Source of the DNA: Gemmatimonadaceae bacterium
GTDB taxonomy: Bacteria > Gemmatimonadota > Gemmatimonadetes > Gemmatimonadales > Gemmatimonadaceae
DNA length: 64,000 bases
Direction: 5' to 3'
NCBI GenBank assembly: GCA_019637445.1
Contig: JAHBVS010000001.1
Location: 529,586-593,585, forward strand
Positions 36,945 to 45,407 of this stretch are shown one piece after another; the first letter of the stretch is position 1, and every line of letters starts with the position of its first letter. The position numbers were made by a program, and so were the translations under genes. The notes below the pieces were generated by a model. The model ran no database searches. It worked only from the letters and a program-made list of their open reading frames with translations, and was not told the DNA's origin.

Positions 36945-37925
36945 GACGGTCTCCTTGGGTGCAGCCGCCGCAGCTGCGGCGGTCGTGGTGGAAGGCGTTG
37001 CCGCGCGCGTCGCGAGCTCGGCCAGGATGTCCTCGGTGGTGCCCATGCGGTCGGCCAGGCCACGCGCGACGGCGTGGCGGCCGATGAACACGGCGCCGCC
37101 GTCGCCGGCGGCGATCAGCTCCTCGGCGGTGGTGCCGCGGTAGGTGGCCACCGCGGCGAGGAAGGCGTCGGCGAACTCGTCGACCTCGCGCTGCAGCACG
37201 GCCTTGCCGGCGGCGTCCGCGGGATCCGGCACCTTGTTGGGCGACTGTGTGCTCACGATCCGCCAGCGCTTCATGCCGTACTCGGCCTCGGCGGCGCTCC
37301 AGTCGACGATCTCGAAGTAGACGCCGATGCTGCCGACGTAGGCCGACGGCGTGACGACGATCTCGTCGCAGGCGGCCGCGATCCAATAGGCGGCGCTGGC
37401 GGCGCCGTCTGAGACCATCGCGACGATCGGCTTCGTGCCGCGGTGCGCATGGATGAGCGCCGCGAGCTCCGCGCAGCCGTTCGTCTCGCCGCCCGGCGAG
37501 TCGAGGTGCACGAGGATCGCGCGGACGCCCGGGTCGTCGACGGCGATGCGGAAGTCCTCGGCCAGGAGCTGGTAGCTAGACATCCCGCACAGCTCCTGGA
37601 AGAACGACGCGTAGCGGCAGAGCGGGCCCACGGCGCTGACGATCGCCACGCCGTCGCGCACGCCGAGGCGTTCGCTCAGCGGGTGTGCGGCCGCCGGCGT
37701 CGCGAGCAGGGCCCAGCGGCGCGCCGGCACGAGCGCGGACAGGTCGATGCCCTCGCCGTCGTCCTCGCCGGCGCGCGGCGCCGTGGCCTGCCGATCAATC
37801 GCCGCGACGATCTGGTCCGTGTCGCGCTCGGCGATCGCCATCATGCGCTCGAGCGCCTCGCGCGTGATCGCCCAGCGCGTGCTGGTCAGCAGCTGCAGGG
37901 CCCGAAGGGCGGGACGTCGGCTCAC
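36348..37925 (-). CDS. S49 prohead protease with C-terminal scaffold (lambda gpC-like)
   Basis: LDSPGGE, ASAAYWIAAACD, GSIGV; acidic low-complexity C-terminus. Confidence 0.9.
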   Translation of the reverse strand: MSRRPALRALQLLTSTRWAITREALERMMAIAERDTDQIVAAIDRQATAPRAGEDDGEGIDLSALVPARRWALLATPAAAHPLSERLGVRDGVAIVSAVGPLCRYASFFQELCGMSSYQLLAEDFRIAVDDPGVRAILVHLDSPGGETNGCAELAALIHAHRGTKPIVAMVSDGAASAAYWIAAACDEIVVTPSAYVGSIGVYFEIVDWSAAEAEYGMKRWRIVSTQSPNKVPDPADAAGKAVLQREVDEFADAFLAAVATYRGTTAEELIAAGDGGAVFIGRHAVARGLADRMGTTEDILAELATRAATPSTTTAAAAAAAPKETVMPPTPPKAAGTARATDENKDDEEARKRAEEEEKEKQQRAEGEQPDEDEDDAEASEEEDDEMAEEDDEEQARKAERAFVTANATMVARIRRRARRGARKAERERVKAVIALAPKAIAPALRTALESGQAEGEAAKAFLAASQQTGAQALAAMAGAEATITAPTQGDGTPTAEKDGAPTIALLQEHSPTQRRGAAAARRN

Positions 37926-39637
37926 GAGACGGTCTCCAGGTCAGAGTCAGGGGCGTCGGCGACGGCGCGCGCCACGACCTGCGCGGCGGCCTGCTCCCGG
38001 ATGCGGGCCAGCGGGTCGCGCGCGGCGCGCCGGACCCGCGCGCGCCCAGCCTTCGGCAGCTCCTCGTCGCCCTCGTCGCCGTCGCCGTCCTTTGCCGGCG
38101 CCTCCGGCGTGACGGGCTCGGTGCGCACACGCTCGGCGACGTCCTCGACATCGAGCCCGGCGGCGCGGCGGCGCTCCTCCTCGGCGACGCGCTGCTCGAA
38201 GTTCTCGTCGTAGTCCGTGCTCGTGAGCTCGGCCGACTCGCGCTCGCGCGTGCTGAAGCCCTCCTTCACGCGCATCGAGGCGGCGACGACGGCCTTGACC
38301 GGATCGATCTCCGGCATCGACGGGCCGGTCCACTCGCAGCCCAGCCAGGCGGCCTGCGCGAGCGGGTCGTCGAAGAAGCCGGGCGCCTGCAGCAGGCCGC
38401 GCGCCACCGCCTCGCGGATCACGCGCGCGTAGACCGGCTGGCAGAACTGGTTCACGAACCAGTTGCGGCGCGTGCGCACGGCGCGCCACGCGTTCAGCAG
38501 CGCGGCACGGCTCGCCGAGTAGGAGGCCTGGAAGGCGTTGACGAGCTGCTCGTACGGGATCTCCAGCGCGGCGCCGAGCTGCCGGCACATCGCGAGGAAG
38601 AACGGATCGAACTGCGCGTTCGGCCGCGCCGGGTTCGCGAACTCGACGTCCTCGTCGGCGCCGAGGTCGATGATCGCGCCGGTGCCCAGCTTGATCTGGC
38701 CCTTCGGCGACGGGTCCTCGTCGTCGAGCTCGCCGAGCCCCGGGGCGAAGCCGCCCTTCACGAAGACGGTGAACATCGAGCTCACGACGGCCGCCATCAG
38801 CTCGGCCTCGCTGAAGCGCGTGAGGTTCTTGAGCGTCTCGATGACGGGCGCGAGATAGGGGATCCCGCGCAGCTGCCCGGGCCGCTTCTGGTCGATGAGC
38901 TGCAGCACGAGCGGGAAGCCCGACGCGTCACGCGCGGGCAGACCTTCCCACGTGATCACGCCGCCGGGCGAGAGCCACTGCTCGTTCGGGTGGCGGTTCG
39001 AGATCCAGAAGCGCTGCACCACGCCGTCGGCGTTGACCTCGACGCCCTCGCGGAAGAGCTCGGTCTCCATCTTCGCGACGGGCTGCGAGCAGCGGTTCGC
39101 CTCCAGCACCTGCACCTTGGTGCCGAGCAGGTCGCCGGCGTCGACGCGGTAGCGGAAGAGCGCGAACGCATCGCCGCCCGAAAGCGACGCGAACAGCGCC
39201 TGGCGCTGCAGCTCCGAGAAGTGGAGGCGGCCAGCGACGTCGAGCCGCGTGGAGCCGGCGTGCTGCCACCAGATCCGCATCGCCTGTCGCGACCAGGCCG
39301 TCGCCTCCTCGGCCGTGAGGTCCAGGTACTCGCGGTCGAGCCGCGGCTTCGGCACCAGGCCGTCGCCGAGCACATCGCGCAGCTGCGTGTTGAAGGCGCC
39401 GGCAGCCAGGGGCGCATTGCGCTCGAGGTCGAGCGAGCGCGCGCGGAGGTTTGGCAGGTCGCCGAGGGAGTCCGTGTTCGGGCCGCCGTCGAGGACGTTC
39501 CAGTCCTGCAGCGCGCGCCGATCGCTGCGCGCGCCGTCATAGCCGCCACCCACGCGTAGGAAGCCGACCGCCGGCGCCACGCGACGTGGTGCCAATGAGG
39601 TCGGCTCGAAGCCGGGGACGCGGGCGACGCGGCTCAT
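37922..39637 (-). CDS. Portal protein, lambda gpB family
   Basis: LRARSLDLERN, GDGLVP, QLRGIP, YSASRAALL, IDPVK, STRE motifs. Confidence 0.93.
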   Translation of the reverse strand: MSRVARVPGFEPTSLAPRRVAPAVGFLRVGGGYDGARSDRRALQDWNVLDGGPNTDSLGDLPNLRARSLDLERNAPLAAGAFNTQLRDVLGDGLVPKPRLDREYLDLTAEEATAWSRQAMRIWWQHAGSTRLDVAGRLHFSELQRQALFASLSGGDAFALFRYRVDAGDLLGTKVQVLEANRCSQPVAKMETELFREGVEVNADGVVQRFWISNRHPNEQWLSPGGVITWEGLPARDASGFPLVLQLIDQKRPGQLRGIPYLAPVIETLKNLTRFSEAELMAAVVSSMFTVFVKGGFAPGLGELDDEDPSPKGQIKLGTGAIIDLGADEDVEFANPARPNAQFDPFFLAMCRQLGAALEIPYEQLVNAFQASYSASRAALLNAWRAVRTRRNWFVNQFCQPVYARVIREAVARGLLQAPGFFDDPLAQAAWLGCEWTGPSMPEIDPVKAVVAASMRVKEGFSTRERESAELTSTDYDENFEQRVAEEERRRAAGLDVEDVAERVRTEPVTPEAPAKDGDGDEGDEELPKAGRARVRRAARDPLARIREQAAAQVVARAVADAPDSDLETVS

Positions 39638-39849
39638 TTCGAGGTCGGCACCCCGAGCCGCATGCGGGAGCCGCCGCGTTCCAGGCGCTCGATGTCGCGC
39701 TCGAGCTCGCGCTCGCGCACGTAGAGGTCCTTGAGCGTGGCGCGCGTGTAGTTGCGGCCGAGGACCGTGATGGCCTGCGCGCCGCCCTCGATCGTGGTGA
39801 TCGCGGAGCGGACCGACGCGAGCTGTGCCTGCTTGGTCTCTAGCGACAC
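39634..39849 (-). CDS. Head-tail adaptor (gpW-like)
   Basis: 71 aa; ITTIEGGAQAITVLGRNYTRATLKDL, just upstream of portal. Confidence 0.8.
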   Translation of the reverse strand: MSLETKQAQLASVRSAITTIEGGAQAITVLGRNYTRATLKDLYVRERELERDIERLERGGSRMRLGVPTSK

Positions 39850-40003
39850 AAAGCGCCTCGTGGAGCGGTGGGCTCGTTCACGAGGCGCAGGGTGCAAGCG
39901 CGGATAGTTTGGGCGCTACGGTTCTGGTTATCGGATGTGGTGAATCTATCCCCACCAGCAATTTTTTCCGCCTGTTTTCAGGCGATGAGCGGTGCAATCA
40001 CCA

Positions 40004-40342
40004 CTATAGAGAGTCGCGAACTTGACGCCGCGCTCGGCGTGAAATCGCAGACCGTGTGAAAGTATCCCCACGTGCAGGTGCATGTCGCGGAAGTCGATAC
40101 GTGCCAACGCCTTTCGCGGAGCGCTCACCCAGCTCGACGTAGCCGATCTCGACCATTTTTCGCAGCGAAGCGTTCGCATAGCTGCGGTCGCAGCCTACTT
40201 CCAGTGCCAGCACGTCGGCTTTTTTCTCGGTGAAGTGCTCGAAGTCCAGCTGGCACCACAGCACACGGAAAACATTGAGATCGACTGGCGTGAGCCGCAG
40301 GTCCGCGATCGCGGCATCCACCAGCGGATGGCCGAGGGTCAC
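40004..40342 (-). CDS. Winged-helix DNA-binding protein between terminase and head genes
   Basis: LTPVDLNVF...LALEVGCDRSYANASLRKMVEIGYV...YRL; GTGA-coupled to terL. Confidence 0.7.
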   Translation of the reverse strand: MTLGHPLVDAAIADLRLTPVDLNVFRVLWCQLDFEHFTEKKADVLALEVGCDRSYANASLRKMVEIGYVELGERSAKGVGTYRLPRHAPARGDTFTRSAISRRARRQVRDSL

Positions 40343-42312
40343 TCGATCCCCCGGTGCCGCACGCGGCTGCGCCGGCGTGGCGTGGCCGTGGAGTGCTCGT
40401 CGGTGGCCTGCTGCGCGCCGTCGCGCTTCGCCTGGGCGCGGCCGCCGCGCGCGCGCCCCTGGGCCGCGGCGCGCTCCACCCAGTGCGAGAGGTTGTTGAC
40501 CACGGCATCACCGAGCGCGTGCAGGGCCGCGAGCGCGTACTTCTGCAGGTCGATCGCCTCGTTGGGCCCGAGCACCTTCCACTGCAGCACCGTGGTGCCA
40601 CTGGGCAGCTCCTTCGGCACGACGACCTCATTCTCGAACTGCGCGAGATAGTCGTCATCGAGCCCATCATCCTGCGGTCCCGGGAAATGGACGTAGCCGG
40701 CCGCGCCGACCGCGCCTGGCGGCAGCTCGATCTTCAGGCGGCGAAGCACCGTCGCCTTCAGGCGTGACTCGTCGACGAGCCAGAGCCGCTCTTTCACCGC
40801 GGCCGCCTTCGACATCGCGATCAGCGGGCGCCCCTTCTTCGACGGCTCGCCCTTGACCGGCCACACACCGAGCGAGCGGCGCCGGCGCGTGTAGGCGTAG
40901 ACGGTCTCGGCCTTGAAGCCGGAGTCGACGAACGTGCAGCGCACCCTCAGCTCGGCACCGAGCTCATGCGCGAAGGGCTTGAAGAGCAGGAGATCGAGCC
41001 GCTTCCAGACGTCGGGCTGCTCGGGATCGCCGTAGATGCGGTGGTGCGCGATGTCCCACGACTCCTGGCCAACACCCCAACCCTTGACGAGCAGCTCGAG
41101 GCGGTCGTCCTGCACGTCGACGGCGGCCGTGAGCACGCCGACGCCGGCGGGCACCGGTGCCGCGTAGGTCTCGCGCCGGGCCGAGAGCGCCGCGGTGTCC
41201 GGCTTGTCGAGCGTGGCCTCGTAGTACTCGGCGAGGACCTGCTGGTAGAACTCGATCATCAGCTGTGCGTCGCCGCCCTCGAGCGCGCGCTTGGCCTTGA
41301 TGCGCTGCTCGGCGAGCGCTCCCCAGGTGACGAAGAGCGAGTAGACGGTCGTGATCTTCCAGCCACGCACCGAGGCGCCCGGGTTCTTCGCGACCCACTC
41401 GCCGGCCGTGATCATGTCGCGCTTCTCGCGGCCCTCGCGGATCGGCTGCTCGCAGCTGCGGCAGAGGTAGTGCGCGGTCTCGGGAAAGTGCCGCACCGTC
41501 TTGCCGGTCTTCGGATCCTTCTCCTTCTCCCACTGCACCCGGTCCCACGTGAGCGGCTGCAGGTGCCGGCAGTGCGGACAGGGGACGAAGTACTCGCGCT
41601 GGTCCGAGCTCAGATAGTCGCGGATGATCCGGCTCTTCCGGCCGCGCGGGCTGCCAGTGAAGATGATCTTCGCGCTTGGGTTGGTATCGGCGCGGCGCGC
41701 CGCACGCCGCCCGACGTCGCCCTCCTGCGTCGACTGCTTCTCGTCGAGCGCGTCGTACTCGTCGACGAAGACGTAGCGCGCCGTGCGCCGGCGCAGCGCG
41801 CGCGGGCTGTTGGAGCCGATCGCCGAGAGCCAGCCGCCCGCGAAGCGCTTGTGCAGGATCGTGTTGTCGCTGTTCCGGGACTCGGTATCGGCGACCTTCC
41901 CGCGGAGGCACGTCGTCAGCTCGAAGAGCTCGGGCAGCGTCTCCTTCGACCACTCCTGCGCGTCCTCCTTCGTCGGCCACAGCGCGAGGATGTTGCCCGG
42001 ATCCAGGTCGATGCAGTAGCCCACGGCGTTGTTGATGAGCCCGTCGGTCACGCCCAGGCGCGCCGACTTCAGGATCACCATCTCGCGGACCTCTGGATTC
42101 GAGAACTCCTCGAGGATCTCGCGCAGGTACGGCACGCGCGAGAGTCGATAGGGGCCCTGTTCCGTCGAGCCCGTGCTCGGGCCGAGGATCCGGTTCTGCT
42201 CCGCCCACTCGCTGAGCTTCAGCTCCGGTGGTGGCTGCAGGATCCGCGCGGCCGAGCCCTCGAGGTCGAGCCCGAACTTCCGCCGCGCCTCAGGATGCGT
42301 GACGAAGGCCAT
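40339..42312 (-). CDS. Terminase large subunit, lambda gpA family
   Basis: VPYLREI, KSARLGVT, VFVDEYD, SDQREYFVPCPHC, AAVDVQDDRLE, DSG, NEAID. Confidence 0.95.
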   Translation of the reverse strand: MAFVTHPEARRKFGLDLEGSAARILQPPPELKLSEWAEQNRILGPSTGSTEQGPYRLSRVPYLREILEEFSNPEVREMVILKSARLGVTDGLINNAVGYCIDLDPGNILALWPTKEDAQEWSKETLPELFELTTCLRGKVADTESRNSDNTILHKRFAGGWLSAIGSNSPRALRRRTARYVFVDEYDALDEKQSTQEGDVGRRAARRADTNPSAKIIFTGSPRGRKSRIIRDYLSSDQREYFVPCPHCRHLQPLTWDRVQWEKEKDPKTGKTVRHFPETAHYLCRSCEQPIREGREKRDMITAGEWVAKNPGASVRGWKITTVYSLFVTWGALAEQRIKAKRALEGGDAQLMIEFYQQVLAEYYEATLDKPDTAALSARRETYAAPVPAGVGVLTAAVDVQDDRLELLVKGWGVGQESWDIAHHRIYGDPEQPDVWKRLDLLLFKPFAHELGAELRVRCTFVDSGFKAETVYAYTRRRRSLGVWPVKGEPSKKGRPLIAMSKAAAVKERLWLVDESRLKATVLRRLKIELPPGAVGAAGYVHFPGPQDDGLDDDYLAQFENEVVVPKELPSGTTVLQWKVLGPNEAIDLQKYALAALHALGDAVVNNLSHWVERAAAQGRARGGRAQAKRDGAQQATDEHSTATPRRRSRVRHRGIE

Positions 42313-43033
42313 CGCCCTCCTCCTCGCCCTCGGCGTCGTCGGGATCCTCGCTCGCCTCTATCGTCTGGATCCGGCGCGCGACCTGCGCGGCCGCGGCCTG
42401 CAGGCGCACGATCTCGGCGTTGACCGCCGGCTTCAGGATCTCGCGCACCTTGAGGCGCGAGTCGAGCCCGACCAGGTCGGCCTCGTATCGCGGGGCGAAT
42501 TGCACGAGCTGGCCCTTCAGCGCCTGCAGCAGGTCGGCGATCGCGCGCGCCACGAGCACGCGATCGAGCAGCTCGCCGCGGCGCTCCTGCAGGTCGAACT
42601 CCGCCGCCTCGGCCTTGGCCAGCTTCTCGCGCAGCGTCGCCTCCTCGAGCGCCGTCATCTTGTCGCCGCTCTTGGGTCGCGCCTGCTGCTCGCGGTGCGC
42701 GATCACCTGGTGCACGCAGTCGGGCATTACGTAGTAGCGGCGGCCGCCCTCGACGACCGTGTTGAGCTTGCCCTCGTCGCTCAGGTTTGAGATCTGCCGC
42801 GGCGTGTAGCCGACCAAGTCGGCCAGCTCCTTTTGCTTGAGCCGCGGCGGCACCGCGCCCACGTTGGTGGTGACGCGGTACTCGACGAACCACGTGATCG
42901 CCTTCTGCAGCGGGTACACGTGGCTCTTCTTCTTCGAGACGAACGGCAGGCCGGCGCGCTCGAGCGCGGGGAGCGCGTCGGGCTTCACGCCGATGGCGGC
43001 GGCAAAGTCGGCCGCGCTCAGCTCAAGGGCCAC
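42290..43033 (-). CDS. Terminase small subunit (Nu1-like)
   Basis: Two HTH-like segments then KLAKAEAAEFDLQERRGELL coiled coil; upstream of terL. Confidence 0.85.
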   Translation of the reverse strand: MALELSAADFAAAIGVKPDALPALERAGLPFVSKKKSHVYPLQKAITWFVEYRVTTNVGAVPPRLKQKELADLVGYTPRQISNLSDEGKLNTVVEGGRRYYVMPDCVHQVIAHREQQARPKSGDKMTALEEATLREKLAKAEAAEFDLQERRGELLDRVLVARAIADLLQALKGQLVQFAPRYEADLVGLDSRLKVREILKPAVNAEIVRLQAAAAQVARRIQTIEASEDPDDAEGEEEGDGLRHAS

Positions 43034-43055
43034 GCGCCTCCGCCCCGATTGCTGA

Positions 43056-43141
43056 AACGGAAATGGCCGTCAGAAATTTTCGCACCCACGTGAAAGTCGC
43101 GGTCGTCGGACCCCGCGTCCGAGGGCACTGTCAAAGGACCC
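43056..43141 (-). other. Lambda-like cos site (cosQ, cosN, downstream I2/R3-like elements)
   Basis: - strand: GGGTCCT-N21-GGGTCCGACGAC (43113-43102) flanked by CGCG on both sides, then N16-GAAAATTT and TTTCCGTT. Confidence 0.8.
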
Positions 43142-43190
43142 AACACCGGCACGACCTGCCGAGTTGGATGTGCACAGTGGCCGGAGCGAG

Positions 43191-43487
43191 CTAGATCTTC
43201 GGCTCCCAGTTGATGCAGCCGAACTCCGGCCGCACCCACAGCTCGCCGAAGAAGTCGCTGCCGTCGATGGTCACGCACATTCGCCCAGCGAGGACGCCCG
43301 GGCTCTTCTCGGCTTCTGACTCGCCCACCAGATCGGCGAGCACGCAGCGCAACGGGAACAACTCCCCTCGAGCGTCGCTTATGCGCCCTAACGACGCAGC
43401 CGTGCCGTGCCTGCAGTTTCCGCAGCACGGATCGACACCTGCCGGCCCGCCGTCCCCTACACTTACCAGCTTCACCGACCTGCCCAT
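43191..43487 (-). CDS. Small Cys-rich phage protein
   Basis: GAGGAGG RBS; CCGNC...C...C...C. Confidence 0.7.
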   Translation of the reverse strand: MGRSVKLVSVGDGGPAGVDPCCGNCRHGTAASLGRISDARGELFPLRCVLADLVGESEAEKSPGVLAGRMCVTIDGSDFFGELWVRPEFGCINWEPKI

Positions 43488-43550
43488 TATCGCCTCCTCT
43501 CTGAGTCGTGTGCCGCAAGCCAATGACCTCGGCAATATCGCGTGTGGCCG

Positions 43551-44336
43551 TCATGCTTTGTACGCCCCGCGACCGAAGAGCGCCTGCTGCATCGCGCGCT
43601 CGAAGTGCAAGACGAGGCGCGTGCGCACGACCAGGTCCGCCGTCGGGAAGAAGAAGTGTCGCGCCGGCAGCCGCGTGTCGCGCTGCACCCAGAAGAGCGG
43701 CATCGTGTCGTCCTTGGCCCGACCGAATCGCTGCAGCACCATCGAGTGCCCCGGGCTGTTCGTGATGGGCACGAGGAAGGTCCGGTGCTTGCCCTTCAGC
43801 CCTCCGCCCACGACGCGCGTGCTGATGCCTGTGCGCGCCGAGAGGCCGAGGTTGATCGGGTACAGCCGCCTGGGGAACGGCGACGGCGTGCCGGGCCGGC
43901 GCACCGGGACAGGAAAGCGCCCGAGGTCGCTCAGCGGTCCGCTCGCGCGTCCACCAAAGCGCTTCGGGCCCGGCGTCGGTCCGCCCTGCTCCATCATGGC
44001 GACCAGCGAGCCGCGATAGCGGTCCCAGCCCGCCAGCTTGGCGCCTCCCGGTGGGATGATGGCCACGAAGCCATGCTCGTGCCCCGTGCGTCCCTGCCCC
44101 AGCGTGGCCCGCCCTAGGCGAGATCCGGGGTTCAGGATCTTCACGTGGCGCTGCAGCCAGCGCAGCCCCTGCGCCGACGCACTGAACTTCTGCTGGATGC
44201 GGTTCTCAGTAGCCTGGGCGATGTCCTTCTCCAGCGCCCGCAGCATCCACTTCACGGCATAGGGCAGCTGCTTCTGCTGCATCGTGCCGAAGTCCTTGAT
44301 GAGCTCCTGTACGTTGGTGCGGATGTCGAGCTGCAT
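43551..44336 (-). CDS. Tail completion (gpZ-like) protein candidate, displaced upstream of cos
   Basis: KQLPYAVK..L N-helix, Arg/Gly-rich, C-terminal FFFP..DLVV. Confidence 0.5.
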   Translation of the reverse strand: MQLDIRTNVQELIKDFGTMQQKQLPYAVKWMLRALEKDIAQATENRIQQKFSASAQGLRWLQRHVKILNPGSRLGRATLGQGRTGHEHGFVAIIPPGGAKLAGWDRYRGSLVAMMEQGGPTPGPKRFGGRASGPLSDLGRFPVPVRRPGTPSPFPRRLYPINLGLSARTGISTRVVGGGLKGKHRTFLVPITNSPGHSMVLQRFGRAKDDTMPLFWVQRDTRLPARHFFFPTADLVVRTRLVLHFERAMQQALFGRGAYKA

Positions 44337-44794
44337 CACCGCCTCCGTCGCATGGGTTTCTCCCGCCGGTAGCCCTTCTCGGCCCAACGCCCCACGAGCG
44401 CCGTGCAGTGCGCCAGCGCCGTGCGCATGACGGCATCCGCCGGCCGGTTGAGCAGATGCACCAGCTCCTGCAGGTCCTCGAGCGTGCCGCAGGCCGCGAG
44501 CTCGCCGTGCTGCAGCTCGGCCGTCAGGAACTTGTGCTGGCTCGGCGTCAGCTTCCCATCCTCCGCCTTTACCTCGTACCACAGGGTGAAGCCCAGCAGG
44601 CGATAGCGGCGGTCCGGGATCCCGCGCGTCTGCTGCGCCGCCTGCGCCTGGCTGAACTGAACGACGCCCTCGACGCCGGCGAGGCGCGCGATGAAGTCGT
44701 CGCACTGCCGCCCTTCGGCGTCCTCCGAGCGACAGCCGCGCAGGCCGATCGCCGGCGAGTTCGGGCCGACCTGTATGCCGTTGACGGTCGTCAC
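44336..44794 (-). CDS. VRR-NUC (PD-(D/E)XK) nuclease
   Basis: GIPD...LWYEVKAEDGKLTPSQHKFL. Confidence 0.8.
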   Translation of the reverse strand: MTTVNGIQVGPNSPAIGLRGCRSEDAEGRQCDDFIARLAGVEGVVQFSQAQAAQQTRGIPDRRYRLLGFTLWYEVKAEDGKLTPSQHKFLTAELQHGELAACGTLEDLQELVHLLNRPADAVMRTALAHCTALVGRWAEKGYRREKPMRRRR

Positions 44795-45135
44795 GTGGCC
44801 TCCCGGGATGGCGGTCCGCGTCGGAATCCGAGCGCAGGGCGCCCGGTCTGACGCGCACACGGCGGTTCCACCAGGTGGCTCGGCGAGATGTAGCCGCATC
44901 CGCCGGAGCAGCGCAGATGGAATCCATAGCCCTCACACGAGTCGCACGTCACGTTCTCGTCGGGGTCGAGGCAGCAGCACGAATCCTCGCCGCAGTCGTG
45001 GCCGTCCACGCCCTCGCCACCGCAGCGTTCGCACTCGTCCTCGTCGACGCTGGCGCCGCACTCCGAGCACGTGATCTCCACGCGCGCCCTGGGGTCGCGC
45101 GGGTCCGGTGCGTGAAAGATCGCAAAGGCCGCCAT
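44791..45135 (-). CDS. Cys-rich zinc-finger protein (DnaJ-like CxxCxGxG pair)
   Basis: CERCGGEG...CDSCEGYG plus extra Cys. Confidence 0.7.
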   Translation of the reverse strand: MAAFAIFHAPDPRDPRARVEITCSECGASVDEDECERCGGEGVDGHDCGEDSCCCLDPDENVTCDSCEGYGFHLRCSGGCGYISPSHLVEPPCARQTGRPALGFRRGPPSREAT

Positions 45136-45407
45136 CAGACACCCCCCGGCGGGTTCCGCCGCTCGATCTCGACGCAGTACTCGCGCAGCGTCTCGGCGGC
45201 GCGGGCAGCCGGGATGCGCGAAGGCCTGGGGTTGGCGCCGCGGCCCCTGAGAACAACGCCGTGCCGTCGGAGCGCCCGCACGATGCTCGAATGGTCGTTG
45301 CCGAGGCGCACACCGATCTGCGTGGTCGACCAGCCAGCCGCGTAAAGCGCTTTCGCGCGCGCTACGTTGACTGGTCGGTAAGGCTTGGGCGGTCGACGCG
45401 GGCTCAC
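45135..45407 (-). CDS. Small HTH DNA-binding protein
   Basis: ALYAAGWSTTQIGVRLGNDHSSIVRALRRHGV. Confidence 0.75.
   Translation of the reverse strand: MSPRRPPKPYRPVNVARAKALYAAGWSTTQIGVRLGNDHSSIVRALRRHGVVLRGRGANPRPSRIPAARAAETLREYCVEIERRNPPGGV

Noticed and set aside
39915-39921. Extra CCGTAGC copy (- strand) near gpW
   Set aside because: A single 7-mer is expected by chance at this GC content; not paired and far from att
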